DNA of 43,632 bases, from positions 1 through 43,632 of the forward strand of contig JAPXLT010000001.1 in NCBI GenBank assembly GCA_033809415.1, in the 5' to 3' direction. Source of the DNA: Lentisphaeria bacterium. GTDB taxonomy: Bacteria > Verrucomicrobiota > Lentisphaeria > Oligosphaerales > Oligosphaeraceae. This document shows, piece after piece, positions 32,291 to 40,430 of this stretch. The first letter of the stretch is position 1, and each line of letters opens with the position of its first letter. The notes beneath the pieces were generated by a model. It had not been told where the DNA came from, did not search any database, and saw only the letters and a program-made list of their open reading frames with translations. The position numbers and the translations under genes are program-made.

Positions 32291-33943
32291 ATGCAAAATA
32301 CGACTGAACAACTCGAATCGACTTTACAGGCGCCCGTACCTGCCCCAGCGATGCTCGAACGCATACGTCAGCAATTGCAAAGCAAAATTCACGTTGCTCC
32401 GGATGCGGAGCTGGCTTGTGGCAGTGCCAGTCTCGATCAGGCTCTAGTTGCCGCCGGCAAGATCGAAGAGGGCGCTCTGTTGCAAATCTATGCAGAGGCG
32501 TCCGGTCTGAGCCTGCTCGATGAACAGGAAACCCGTGATGTCAATTTCTATCCGGAAGTCACCTTCGATTTCCTGAATACAGAATGCTGCCTGCCGCTGG
32601 CCTGGAGCAACGAGCAGGCCGTCCTCGCCATTGCTGCACCATACGCAGCAGGAAGACTGGCACTGCTGTGGAAAAACTTCTATGACGCAGAGGTGACCTT
32701 TGTCTTGGTGCGACGCTCATTTATCGAACGGCACATCAGTTCACTATATGACCGTCCCGACGAGGAGACCGGTGTCAACTGGGATGCCAGTAGCGAGCAG
32801 GCTCTGCGTGATCTTGCCAAGGAAGCCCCCATCGTCCGGCTGGTCAATGATATTTTCACCCAGGCCCAGGAAGCCGGCGCATCCGATATTCATATCGAAC
32901 CCGGCGAAAACGATGTCGCCGTCCGTTTCCGTATTGATGGTCTGCTGCAGGTGATTATGCGTCCGCCGAAGAATCAATATGCGGCCATAGCTTCGCGAAT
33001 CAAGCTGTTAGGCGGCATGAATATCGCGGAACACCGCCTGCCCCAGGATGGGCGTATCGAGCTTACCGGAAGCAGCATGAATTCGATTGACGTGCGCGTA
33101 AGCACGGTTCCAGGCATGCATGGCGAAAGCATAGTCCTGCGTTTGCTGCAAAAGGACCCGGCAGTCTTCGAGCTGGGAAAAATCGGCCTGCTTCCGGATA
33201 CGCTCGAGGAACTCGAGAAGCTATTCAATATGCCGCATGGCATCCTCCTGGTCGTCGGACCAACCGGCAGCGGGAAAACGACAACCCTCTATTGCATCAT
33301 GAATGTCCTCAATGCCGATTTCCGGAAGATCATCACCATCGAAGACCCGGTCGAATACCAGCTCGAGGGGCTAACACAAATCCACGTCCGCGCAAATATC
33401 GGCCTCACTTTCGCCAACGGGCTGCGCGCAATTGTACGCCAGGACCCCGATGTCATCCTCGTCGGAGAAATCCGCGACCGGGAAACCGCCGAAATCGCCA
33501 TCCATGCGGCGCTGACCGGACACCTGGTGCTGAGCACGCTGCATACCAACGATGCCGCAGGCGCAATCAGCCGCCTGATCGAAATGGGCGTCGAGGGATT
33601 CCTGATCTCATCCGCCATGCTGGCCGTGGCGTCACAGCGCCTCGTGCGCAGAATCTGCCCGGAATGCCAGGGAAGCGGAAGGATCGAGGGCGAGGAAAAG
33701 CGACGCTGCCGGAATTGCCTGGGAAGCGGATATCGCGGACGAATTGCCATCTTCGAGCTGATGATCATCAATGACGAATTACGCGCCGCTATCAATAGTC
33801 ATAAAGACACTTCCGAAATTACCAATATCGCGCGCCGCAATGGAATGCGCACACTCAAAGAGGACGGAGACCTCAAAGTCGAGCAGGGGCTAACCACCGC
33901 GTCCGAAGTCGCCCGAGTCTGTAAACTAGACCTCGATGAATAA
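32291..33943 (+). CDS. Type II secretion / type IV pilus assembly ATPase (GspE/PilB family)
   Basis: Track ORF (GTG 32123) runs through repeats, so I trimmed it to ATG 32291; ATG 32252 is also possible. T2SSE N-domain, Walker A GPTGSGKTTT, Asp/His boxes, Walker B VILVGEIRD, tetracysteine CPECQG...CRNCLG. Confidence 0.9.
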   Translation: MQNTTEQLESTLQAPVPAPAMLERIRQQLQSKIHVAPDAELACGSASLDQALVAAGKIEEGALLQIYAEASGLSLLDEQETRDVNFYPEVTFDFLNTECCLPLAWSNEQAVLAIAAPYAAGRLALLWKNFYDAEVTFVLVRRSFIERHISSLYDRPDEETGVNWDASSEQALRDLAKEAPIVRLVNDIFTQAQEAGASDIHIEPGENDVAVRFRIDGLLQVIMRPPKNQYAAIASRIKLLGGMNIAEHRLPQDGRIELTGSSMNSIDVRVSTVPGMHGESIVLRLLQKDPAVFELGKIGLLPDTLEELEKLFNMPHGILLVVGPTGSGKTTTLYCIMNVLNADFRKIITIEDPVEYQLEGLTQIHVRANIGLTFANGLRAIVRQDPDVILVGEIRDRETAEIAIHAALTGHLVLSTLHTNDAAGAISRLIEMGVEGFLISSAMLAVASQRLVRRICPECQGSGRIEGEEKRRCRNCLGSGYRGRIAIFELMIINDELRAAINSHKDTSEITNIARRNGMRTLKEDGDLKVEQGLTTASEVARVCKLDLDE

Positions 33944-34013
33944 TTTTTAACAACGAAAAGCACAAACAGGCACGAAAATTTTCCGCGCTTTCCGTGCTTT
34001 CCGTGGACAAAAA
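33944..34013. repeat. Inverted pair of D elements (copy 14a, and 14b of the CCGTG variant) in the convergent gspE/recQ gap
   Basis: TTTTTAACAACGAAAAGCACAAACAGGCACGAAAATTTTCCGCGCTTTCCGTGCTTTCCGTGGACAAAAAT. Begins immediately after the ATPase TAA. Confidence 0.85.
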
Positions 34014-34031
34014 TAGTTTGTGGATGCCAGT

Positions 34032-36083
34032 TCACCTCAAGGTTTTTGCGGAAAAGAGCTTGAGTTCCAATTTGATCTTTCCTTTCAGGGCATCGAGTCC
34101 TTTTCTGCTCAGTTCAAGGCATGGATATTCCCCGCTGCCGATTTGCAGGTAGCCCTGCATTTCCAGTGCATTGAGCAGGTTTTCAGTTCGCTTTTCCCCG
34201 TAGCTTTTCAGGCGTCCCCGGCTGGGATGCTGATGCAGCGCCATGTTGCTGTCATCATGTCCCAGCAGCATGCCCAGAAAACGCCGCCGCCCGAATTCGC
34301 CGTCAACCAGCTCCAGAGCCTGCAAAATCCGCTTTGCCTGGGCAAGGTCAGCCGAGCTGGCCGGACGCGACAGATTGGCGTTTATTCCGGCGCAAAGATC
34401 GCAGCAGCCGCAATGCCATGAGCCGATCTTCTCGCCAAAATATCCAATAATGTAAGCCTGCCGGCACTTTCGAGTATAGCAATACGACTGCACCCTGCCC
34501 AGCCGTGTTTCATCAAGTTCCCTTTTCTTTTTCAGAGCCTTCAGGTCGATCTGCAATGGCTCCTGACGGCCGATTTCTGTCAGATGCAGGAGGTCTCCTA
34601 GTTCGATTGCCTCCCAGCGCAATGACTCTCCGTTCAGATGCGACAATACTCGTGCAACCTGATCCCGGCGCAAACCACTGTAAGCCGACAATTCCGCAAT
34701 CGAGCAGCACAGGTTGCTGAGCTGATTCTCTGAAAAGACGCTCGCCATACGCGAAAGGAAGATCGAGCGCTGGGTCTGCACGCCCTGATGCTCCGCAAGC
34801 AAAGTGGGAAGCGGTTCGAGAAACGAAAGCTCACCCTGTCCACCAAGCTGATAGCTGCGCTCGACGATCCCGTGACGCTCCAGAATCCGGATGGCCGAAC
34901 GGAGCTGCGATTCCGAGTCCGCCATCGGAAACAAAGGCAGCAGTTTGCCAGGATTGAGATAAATGGCCGAATCGTCGGGGGTGTATTGCTTCAGGAGATA
35001 GCGATGCAGGCCGACCAGCAGTTCGGGAGGCGGGTTATTGAGGTTCAGCAGATACTCCTGAATATGGCGGTCGGCTGGCGCATTCAGCAGAATACAGGAG
35101 GCCGCTTCACCATCACGCCCCGCACGCCCGGCTTCCTGATAGTAGGCCTCGAGACTGCCAGGAATGTTGAAATGGATGACCTGGCGGATGTCCGGACGGT
35201 CAATGCCCATGCCGAAAGCGTTCGTAGCCACCAGAACAGGGCAGGGCGACTGGCTGAAATAATCCTGGGTTTGCTTGCGTTCCTGGTTGCTGAGCCCGGC
35301 ATGATAAAAGCGCAACGAAAACTCTCCGGCAACCCATTCGGCTTCTTTGCGCGATGAGGTATAGATGATCGTAGGCTGCTTCTGCGCCAGAACACGTTGT
35401 ACTATAGCAACCTTGTCGCCTTTGCTGCGGCAGTAAATCACGGAAAATGACAGATTTTTCCGCTTGAAACCGGAAACCATATCCAACATCCCCGGGCGTT
35501 GCAGATGCAAACGGATATCCTCGCGCACTTCCGGAGTGGCAGTGGCGGTGAACGCACACAGCTGCACATTGGCGATTGCCGGAAACTGACCCCAGATGCG
35601 CTGGTAATCAGGCCGGAAGTCATGTCCCCACTGGCTGATGCAGTGAGCTTCATCGACGACCAGAAGGGTAGGGGGATGCTCGAAAAAAAAGCGTTGGAAG
35701 ATGGGTGCCCGAAAGCGTTCCGGAGCGACATAGAGGAATTTGGCCTGACCAGATGCAATCGCCCGCATGGCCTGACTCTGTTCGGAGCTGGTCATGCTGC
35801 TGTTGAGAAAGACCGCCCGAAGCCCCTTGGCGTTCAAAGCATCAACCTGATCCTTCATCAGCGAAATCAGCGGCGACAGGATCAGACCGTACCCCGCACG
35901 CATAAGAATCGGCAACTGATAGCAAAGCGATTTGCCGGCACCAGTCGGCATCACAACACATAACTCTTCCCCACCCAGAATCCGCTCGATGACTTCCTGC
36001 TGACCTGCCAAAAATTCGCGGAAACCGAAATATTGTTGCAAAACAGCAGTTGCTGATGCTCGAATAGTATTTCCTTCAGTCAT
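34032..36083 (-). CDS. recQ: ATP-dependent DNA helicase RecQ
   Basis: 683 aa. FGFREFLAGQQEVI, VVMPTGAGKSLCYQLP, VVDEAHCISQWGHDFRPDY, ATNAFGMGIDRPDIRQVIH, YYQEAGRAGRDG and the Zn-binding/RQC region. Confidence 0.93.
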   Translation of the reverse strand: MTEGNTIRASATAVLQQYFGFREFLAGQQEVIERILGGEELCVVMPTGAGKSLCYQLPILMRAGYGLILSPLISLMKDQVDALNAKGLRAVFLNSSMTSSEQSQAMRAIASGQAKFLYVAPERFRAPIFQRFFFEHPPTLLVVDEAHCISQWGHDFRPDYQRIWGQFPAIANVQLCAFTATATPEVREDIRLHLQRPGMLDMVSGFKRKNLSFSVIYCRSKGDKVAIVQRVLAQKQPTIIYTSSRKEAEWVAGEFSLRFYHAGLSNQERKQTQDYFSQSPCPVLVATNAFGMGIDRPDIRQVIHFNIPGSLEAYYQEAGRAGRDGEAASCILLNAPADRHIQEYLLNLNNPPPELLVGLHRYLLKQYTPDDSAIYLNPGKLLPLFPMADSESQLRSAIRILERHGIVERSYQLGGQGELSFLEPLPTLLAEHQGVQTQRSIFLSRMASVFSENQLSNLCCSIAELSAYSGLRRDQVARVLSHLNGESLRWEAIELGDLLHLTEIGRQEPLQIDLKALKKKRELDETRLGRVQSYCYTRKCRQAYIIGYFGEKIGSWHCGCCDLCAGINANLSRPASSADLAQAKRILQALELVDGEFGRRRFLGMLLGHDDSNMALHQHPSRGRLKSYGEKRTENLLNALEMQGYLQIGSGEYPCLELSRKGLDALKGKIKLELKLFSAKTLR

Positions 36084-36097
36084 GACAAAATTCTAAT

Positions 36098-36284
36098 GGA
36101 CGGGACACGGACTGGACACGGACTGGACACGGACTGGACACGGACTGGACACGGACTGGACACGGACTGGACACGGACTGGACACGGACTGGACACGGAC
36201 TGGACACGGACGGGACACGGACTGGACACGGACTGGACACGGACTGGACACGGACTGGACACGGACTGGACACGGACGGGACAG
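36098..36284. repeat. Tandem 11-mer array, 17 units (GGACTGGACAC x14 and GGACGGGACAC/G x3)
   Basis: Counted directly: 187 nt = 17 x 11, with variant units at positions 1, 11 and 17. It starts 15 nt upstream of the recQ ATG. Confidence 0.95.
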
Positions 36285-36293
36285 ACATTTCAG

Positions 36294-36363
36294 CACCCTG
36301 TCCCCTGCACCCTACCCCCTGCCCCCTGCCCCCTGTCCCCTGTCCCCTGCACCCTGCACCCGC
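36294..36363. repeat. C-rich heptamer array (CCCTGCA / CCCCTGC / CCCCTGT), overlapping the 3' end of larA
   Basis: CACCCTGTCCCCTGCACCCTACCCCCTGCCCCCTGCCCCCTGTCCCCTGTCCCCTGCACCCTGCACCCGC. Confidence 0.9.
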
Positions 36364-37643
36364 ACGATAACAGAGACTCCGTCTGGGATAATCGCGATTT
36401 TGGCGCTTGAGCCGGTTTTTCGTCTGGCCAGCATCAGTGCCTCTTCGAGTGTACCGGCTGCCTGCATATGCATGGCCTGAATCATCGCGTGATTGCGTTG
36501 CTCCGTAACCACGATCACCGGATTTTTCGACAGGACTCTCGCCAGTATCTGGCTTTCCCATTGATCAGGAACCGTCTCGGTCGCCGGAACCTTCCGCAGC
36601 TTTTCCAGGACTTCTGCGGGGGACTTTGCTTCTGCCAGCGTGCGATAGAATCCCTCGCCGCCATGCCCGTCCTGGCAGGCTGCCGCGATGATGATGACTC
36701 CGCCCGGCGCGACCGCTGCTTCCGCCGCAGTCATTCCCTTGACTGCCTGATAGAGGTTCTGATCGAGCGGATAGCCCCCATTGCTGGTGATCACAATTTC
36801 ACTTTCCGGCACTTTAATCAAGGACAAGCCGGACATTTCCCGGCAGCCGGTCTCGTGTGCCGCAAAGGCGTCCCCCGCAAAAGCCCGCACAACTTCCTTT
36901 TCGCCATTCAAAATAACATTAACAATAAATGCAAGGCCCGCTTTCTTTGCCGCCCAGAGCATATCCCTGTGCAGCGGATTATTCTCGAGGTTCCCAGTGC
37001 GAGCAAATTCCGAATCGATAAAGGCCGCGCAGTGATTGCTCAAGACCGTCGTGCGACCGGCTATCCCTGGCAGCACGCTTTTGCGTCCGCCGGAGAATCC
37101 GGCAAAGAAATGCGGTTCGATGAAGCCTTCCGCGAGCAGCAAGTCTGTCTCGAGGGCAAGTTTATTCAGCCACAACTCGCCTCCGGATGGCAGGATTCCC
37201 GCGAATGCCAGCGAAGATTGATCCTGGCAGTCGTGCACGACGATATGTTCCCGGTCAACGATTTCGTCGCCGAACTTTCTCCGCAATTCCGCCTCTGTCG
37301 TTGCCCGGTGGAATCCAGTGGCAATCAGGATGGTGATCTGAATTTCCGGATTCCCACGGCGCAATTCCCGCAGCATTGGCGGCATGATGACCTTGCTGGG
37401 CACAGGACGGGTATGGTCGCTGGCGATGATTACCGCAGTTCTTTTGCTGCGGGCAAGTTCTGCCAGCCCACTCGAACCAATCGGCTGCGCCAGTGCTTTG
37501 TCTACCAGTTCCATCCCGGAGCTTCGAGGACGCTCCTGCTCGATCATCGAGCGAAAAATCCCGGCGACATCCTCTCTCGCCAGAGATAATTCCAACTTCC
37601 CATGCCCATAAGGAATCTGCGCGGTAATTTCCATTTTGCCCAT
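36312..37643 (-). CDS. larA: Nickel-pincer-dependent lactate racemase LarA (DUF2088 family)
   Basis: Collinear with L. plantarum LarA as I recall it: SDHTRPVPS, EGFIEPHFFAGFSGGRKSVLPGI, NGGYPLDQNLYQAVKGMTAAEA, GHGGEGFY, PDQWESQI, IIPDGVSVIV. The last 16 residues (RVQGAGDRGQGAGGRG) and the stop come from the heptamer array. Confidence 0.88.
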   Translation of the reverse strand: MGKMEITAQIPYGHGKLELSLAREDVAGIFRSMIEQERPRSSGMELVDKALAQPIGSSGLAELARSKRTAVIIASDHTRPVPSKVIMPPMLRELRRGNPEIQITILIATGFHRATTEAELRRKFGDEIVDREHIVVHDCQDQSSLAFAGILPSGGELWLNKLALETDLLLAEGFIEPHFFAGFSGGRKSVLPGIAGRTTVLSNHCAAFIDSEFARTGNLENNPLHRDMLWAAKKAGLAFIVNVILNGEKEVVRAFAGDAFAAHETGCREMSGLSLIKVPESEIVITSNGGYPLDQNLYQAVKGMTAAEAAVAPGGVIIIAAACQDGHGGEGFYRTLAEAKSPAEVLEKLRKVPATETVPDQWESQILARVLSKNPVIVVTEQRNHAMIQAMHMQAAGTLEEALMLARRKTGSSAKIAIIPDGVSVIVRVQGAGDRGQGAGGRG

Positions 37644-37686
37644 AAAAAATTCGTGCTTTTTCGTATCTTTTCGTTGTTAAGAAAAG
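37644..37686 (+). repeat. D element fragment, copy 15 (forward), filling the folC-larA gap
   Basis: AAAAAATTCGTGCTTTTTCGTATCTTTTCGTTGTTAAGAAAAG. The folC stop codon (TTA on plus, 37677-37679) lies in its GTTAAG end. Confidence 0.8.
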
Positions 37687-38909
37687 AGCTTTTCTCCAAT
37701 ACATGCAGTGAAGAAAGACCCCGTGAAGAGCAGGGGAGTTTCTGCTGGCAGCTGGCTCTTGTCCTGCAAGTTTTCAAGGATTGCGTTCACCTTCAACCCC
37801 GCTTTTGCTGCGTGTTCCTGCAATTCTTTCAGGGCAGAACCCTTGCTGGTATGCGGATTGGTGAGAATATAGTCCGCATCGAGTTTTTTCAGCGCCTCGA
37901 CCATGCCTGCGACATCCTTGCCCTGGACCATGCCCAGAACGACCGTAAAATGAATGCCGGGGTAAAGTTCTTGCAACGCCGCAACCAGCTTCTGCATCGA
38001 ATCCGCATTGTGTGCGGCATCCAGAACAACCAGAGGCACCGTGCTGATCGTTTCACAGCGGGCACGCAATTCCGGCAAGCGGAAGCGATCCCAGACCGGA
38101 TGCAAGCCAAGAACATTCATCACCTGCAACGCCACCGTGAAATTACTCCGCAGAAATGGAGCACAAGCCGACGGCAGAATCCCACCCGGAATATTCTGTA
38201 CCGGAAGCGGACGATATACCGGCACCTCGAGTTCACGGGCGCGTGCCATGATCACTTCTTCCGCCGCCGGAAAAGGCTGTTCGGCCAGCACCAGAGGACA
38301 ACCGCGCTTGAGAATGCCAGCTTTTTCCCCGGCAATCGCTTCAATGCTCGAACCGAGCAGAGCTAGATGATCATAACTTACCGGAGTAATCACCGTGCAT
38401 TGCGGCGAGGAAATATAATTCGTCGCATCGAGGCGTCCGCCAATACCCGTCTCGAGCACAACCCAGTCCAAACCCTCCTTGGCAAAGATTTTCAGAGCTA
38501 GAACCGTGAAAATCTCGAACAAACTGGGTTCCAGGCCAGCGGCAGCAAGCTTTTCGCAGAATTCCTGTCCCGCAGCAGTCAGCGTCTCGTAGGAGACCAA
38601 CTGATTGTCAATCTGAAAACGCTCACGCACCGTAGCCAAATGCGGACTGGTGAAGAGTCCGACCCGCTGCCCGCAAGCAGAAAGCAGGCTCGAGATATAA
38701 TGCGAAGTCGAACCCTTGCCCTTGGTGCCCGCAACGTGGACAATCTTCAGAGAACCCTCCGGATTGCCTGCCAGAGCCGCCAGCGGCAGCATCCTTGCTA
38801 AAGAGTAATTAGCAGGATCATGCTGACGCTTGGCATCTCTTTCTGAATCATAATAATGCTGGAACAACGAAAAAAAAGCCCGTTCCGCATCTTCCCTGTA
38901 ACCGCGCAT
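37677..38909 (-). CDS. folC: Folylpolyglutamate synthase / dihydrofolate synthase
   Basis: Mur-ligase P-loop HVAGTKGKGST, then FTSPHL, ETGIGGRLDATN and DAAHN in the C-domain. 410 aa. Confidence 0.85.
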   Translation of the reverse strand: MRGYREDAERAFFSLFQHYYDSERDAKRQHDPANYSLARMLPLAALAGNPEGSLKIVHVAGTKGKGSTSHYISSLLSACGQRVGLFTSPHLATVRERFQIDNQLVSYETLTAAGQEFCEKLAAAGLEPSLFEIFTVLALKIFAKEGLDWVVLETGIGGRLDATNYISSPQCTVITPVSYDHLALLGSSIEAIAGEKAGILKRGCPLVLAEQPFPAAEEVIMARARELEVPVYRPLPVQNIPGGILPSACAPFLRSNFTVALQVMNVLGLHPVWDRFRLPELRARCETISTVPLVVLDAAHNADSMQKLVAALQELYPGIHFTVVLGMVQGKDVAGMVEALKKLDADYILTNPHTSKGSALKELQEHAAKAGLKVNAILENLQDKSQLPAETPLLFTGSFFTACIGEKLFS

Positions 38910-38917
38910 AACCCAGA

Positions 38918-38954
38918 GTTTTCGTGCCTTTTCGTGTCTTTTCGTTGTTAAAAA
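38918..38954 (+). repeat. D element fragment, copy 16 (forward)
   Basis: GTTTTCGTGCCTTTTCGTGTCTTTTCGTTGTTAAAAA. Confidence 0.85.
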
Positions 38955-38967
38955 TGAGAAGATGCGT

Positions 38968-39267
38968 TTAGCCCTTCAGTTTTTCGACTTCTGCTTCCAG
39001 GTCGGCGACCCGTTTTTCCAGCTTGGCAATCGTGCTGTGGCAGGGAAGGATAACGTGCCCTTTTGCCAGAATGTCCTCGATCTGTGTCTTCAGATTGGCG
39101 CGTGCTTCCTTGCCGGCATCGATCAGCTGCTCACTGACTTTCTTGCCGTCCTCCTCATTCAAACCCGCCTTGGCAATGGCGCTTTTGACCATTTCCTCGG
39201 CTTTGTTAGCAGTAACACTCAACGCACCCAAACCCAAGTAAAAACCCTGTTCCAGTAAATTCGTCAT
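38968..39267 (-). CDS. Small coiled-coil protein, phasin-family-like (putative)
   Basis: AAGGAG RBS 8 nt upstream. 99 aa. GFYLGLGALSVTANKAEEMVK...KLEKRVADLEAEVEKLK resembles COG3937-type phasin-like proteins. Weak assignment, from memory. Confidence 0.5.
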   Translation of the reverse strand: MTNLLEQGFYLGLGALSVTANKAEEMVKSAIAKAGLNEEDGKKVSEQLIDAGKEARANLKTQIEDILAKGHVILPCHSTIAKLEKRVADLEAEVEKLKG

Positions 39268-39339
39268 CGTTTCATCTCCTTGTGCTGATTCCTAAACGCA
39301 CACAAACTATAAAGCACAAAACCACTGATGTCAAATCGA

Positions 39340-39408
39340 TTTTTAACAACGAAAAGCACGAAAAGTACGAAAATTTTCGTGTCTTTTCGTGCTTTTCGTT
39401 GTTAAAAA
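39340..39408. repeat. Head-to-head D element dimer (copies 17a and 17b), a near-perfect 69-nt palindrome
   Basis: TTTTTAACAACGAAAAGCACGAAAAGTACGAAAATTTTCGTGTCTTTTCGTGCTTTTCGTTGTTAAAAA. The outer 26 bp are perfectly complementary. The psd stop codon lies in the right-hand GTTAAAAA. Confidence 0.9.
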
Positions 39409-40292
39409 AATGTGTTCCGTCCGATTTCTTCTCCCATTCGCACTAGGCATTCCATATTTTCGCCGCTCTTTTCCAGCAAGTCTGCCGAAAAATTGACCCT
39501 GCCTGCCGGAAAGATCAGAATAATCGTCGAACCTCCAAATGCAAAAAAACCTTTTTCCTCGCCGCGACGGAAGGCAGACCCCTCGAAGGTCTGTTGAATC
39601 GAGGCAACCCCGAAGGCGCCCACTTCGATAAAGGCCGTTTTGCCGAAACCCTTCAATTCGAGTATCGAGACCTGGCGAACATTTTCGGAGAATACCCGCA
39701 GCCCCCGCTGTAATGCCAACGGATGAACGGAATGATATTTACCGCGCAGACGCCAGGTCTTCAGAAGCTGTCCGTCCGCCGGAAAATGATAGCGGTGATA
39801 ATCGGCTGGGCACAGACGGCAGATGCACAACGCCCCGTCCTTGAATCCCTCGACCAGGTCTGCTCCCTCGAGTCCCAGCAGCTCCGCAACCGTGAAGCGT
39901 GTCCCCTTGACCGGAATACAGCAATCCCCGCTTAACTTTGGATAGACCAACATCCGGCAATCTGCCGGAGAAATCAAACAATCCTCGTTTTCCGCCAGTG
40001 GGCGTGCGCCCGGCTTCAGTTTCCGGGTAAAAAAATCATTGAAGCTCGAAAAACCGCCGTCGGGCATCTCGACTTCGGACAGATCAATACCCAATTCCTT
40101 GACTGTTCCGGCAATCCTTCTCCTGGAAAACCGCGAGTCCGCATAGAACCCCAGCAGCCGCGAACACAAAGACCCGGCAAACAGAGGCCAATGCAAGCAT
40201 TTCCCGAAAGCGGACTGATAAGCAAAGCGCAACAGCGAGTCACCAAGCACTTTCTCCTGCTCGATGCAACCCGTCCGCCGATTATAAATCAT
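39402..40292 (-). CDS. psd: Phosphatidylserine decarboxylase proenzyme
   Basis: FNDFFTRKLKPGARP, and the self-cleavage motif FGGSTI (GST). Start set at MIYNRRTG (40292) by analogy with other Psd N-termini. The upstream in-frame TTG/ATG at 40319/40316/40310 abut module A. Confidence 0.85.
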   Translation of the reverse strand: MIYNRRTGCIEQEKVLGDSLLRFAYQSAFGKCLHWPLFAGSLCSRLLGFYADSRFSRRRIAGTVKELGIDLSEVEMPDGGFSSFNDFFTRKLKPGARPLAENEDCLISPADCRMLVYPKLSGDCCIPVKGTRFTVAELLGLEGADLVEGFKDGALCICRLCPADYHRYHFPADGQLLKTWRLRGKYHSVHPLALQRGLRVFSENVRQVSILELKGFGKTAFIEVGAFGVASIQQTFEGSAFRRGEEKGFFAFGGSTIILIFPAGRVNFSADLLEKSGENMECLVRMGEEIGRNTFF

Positions 40293-40318
40293 AACTACGC
40301 CTTGTCCCATCCGCATCA

Positions 40319-40430
40319 ATCACAACCGGGACGGTTGCGCCACCTTTTAAACCGCTTGCCATTCCATCCGTCAAAGCAGCAACCCTACAAAAAATTTTCG
40401 TGTCTTTTCGTGTCTTTTCGTTGTTCAAAA
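40319..40430. repeat. Module A (reverse) fused to D element copy 18 (forward)
   Basis: ATCACAACCGGGACGGTTGCGCCACCTTTTAAAC-CGCTT-GCCATTCCATCCGTCAAAGCAGCAACCCTACAAAAAATTTTCGTGTCTTTTCGTGTCTTTTCGTTGTTCAAAA. The FAD oxidoreductase stop (TCA on plus, 40425-40427) is inside GTTCAAAA. Confidence 0.9.
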
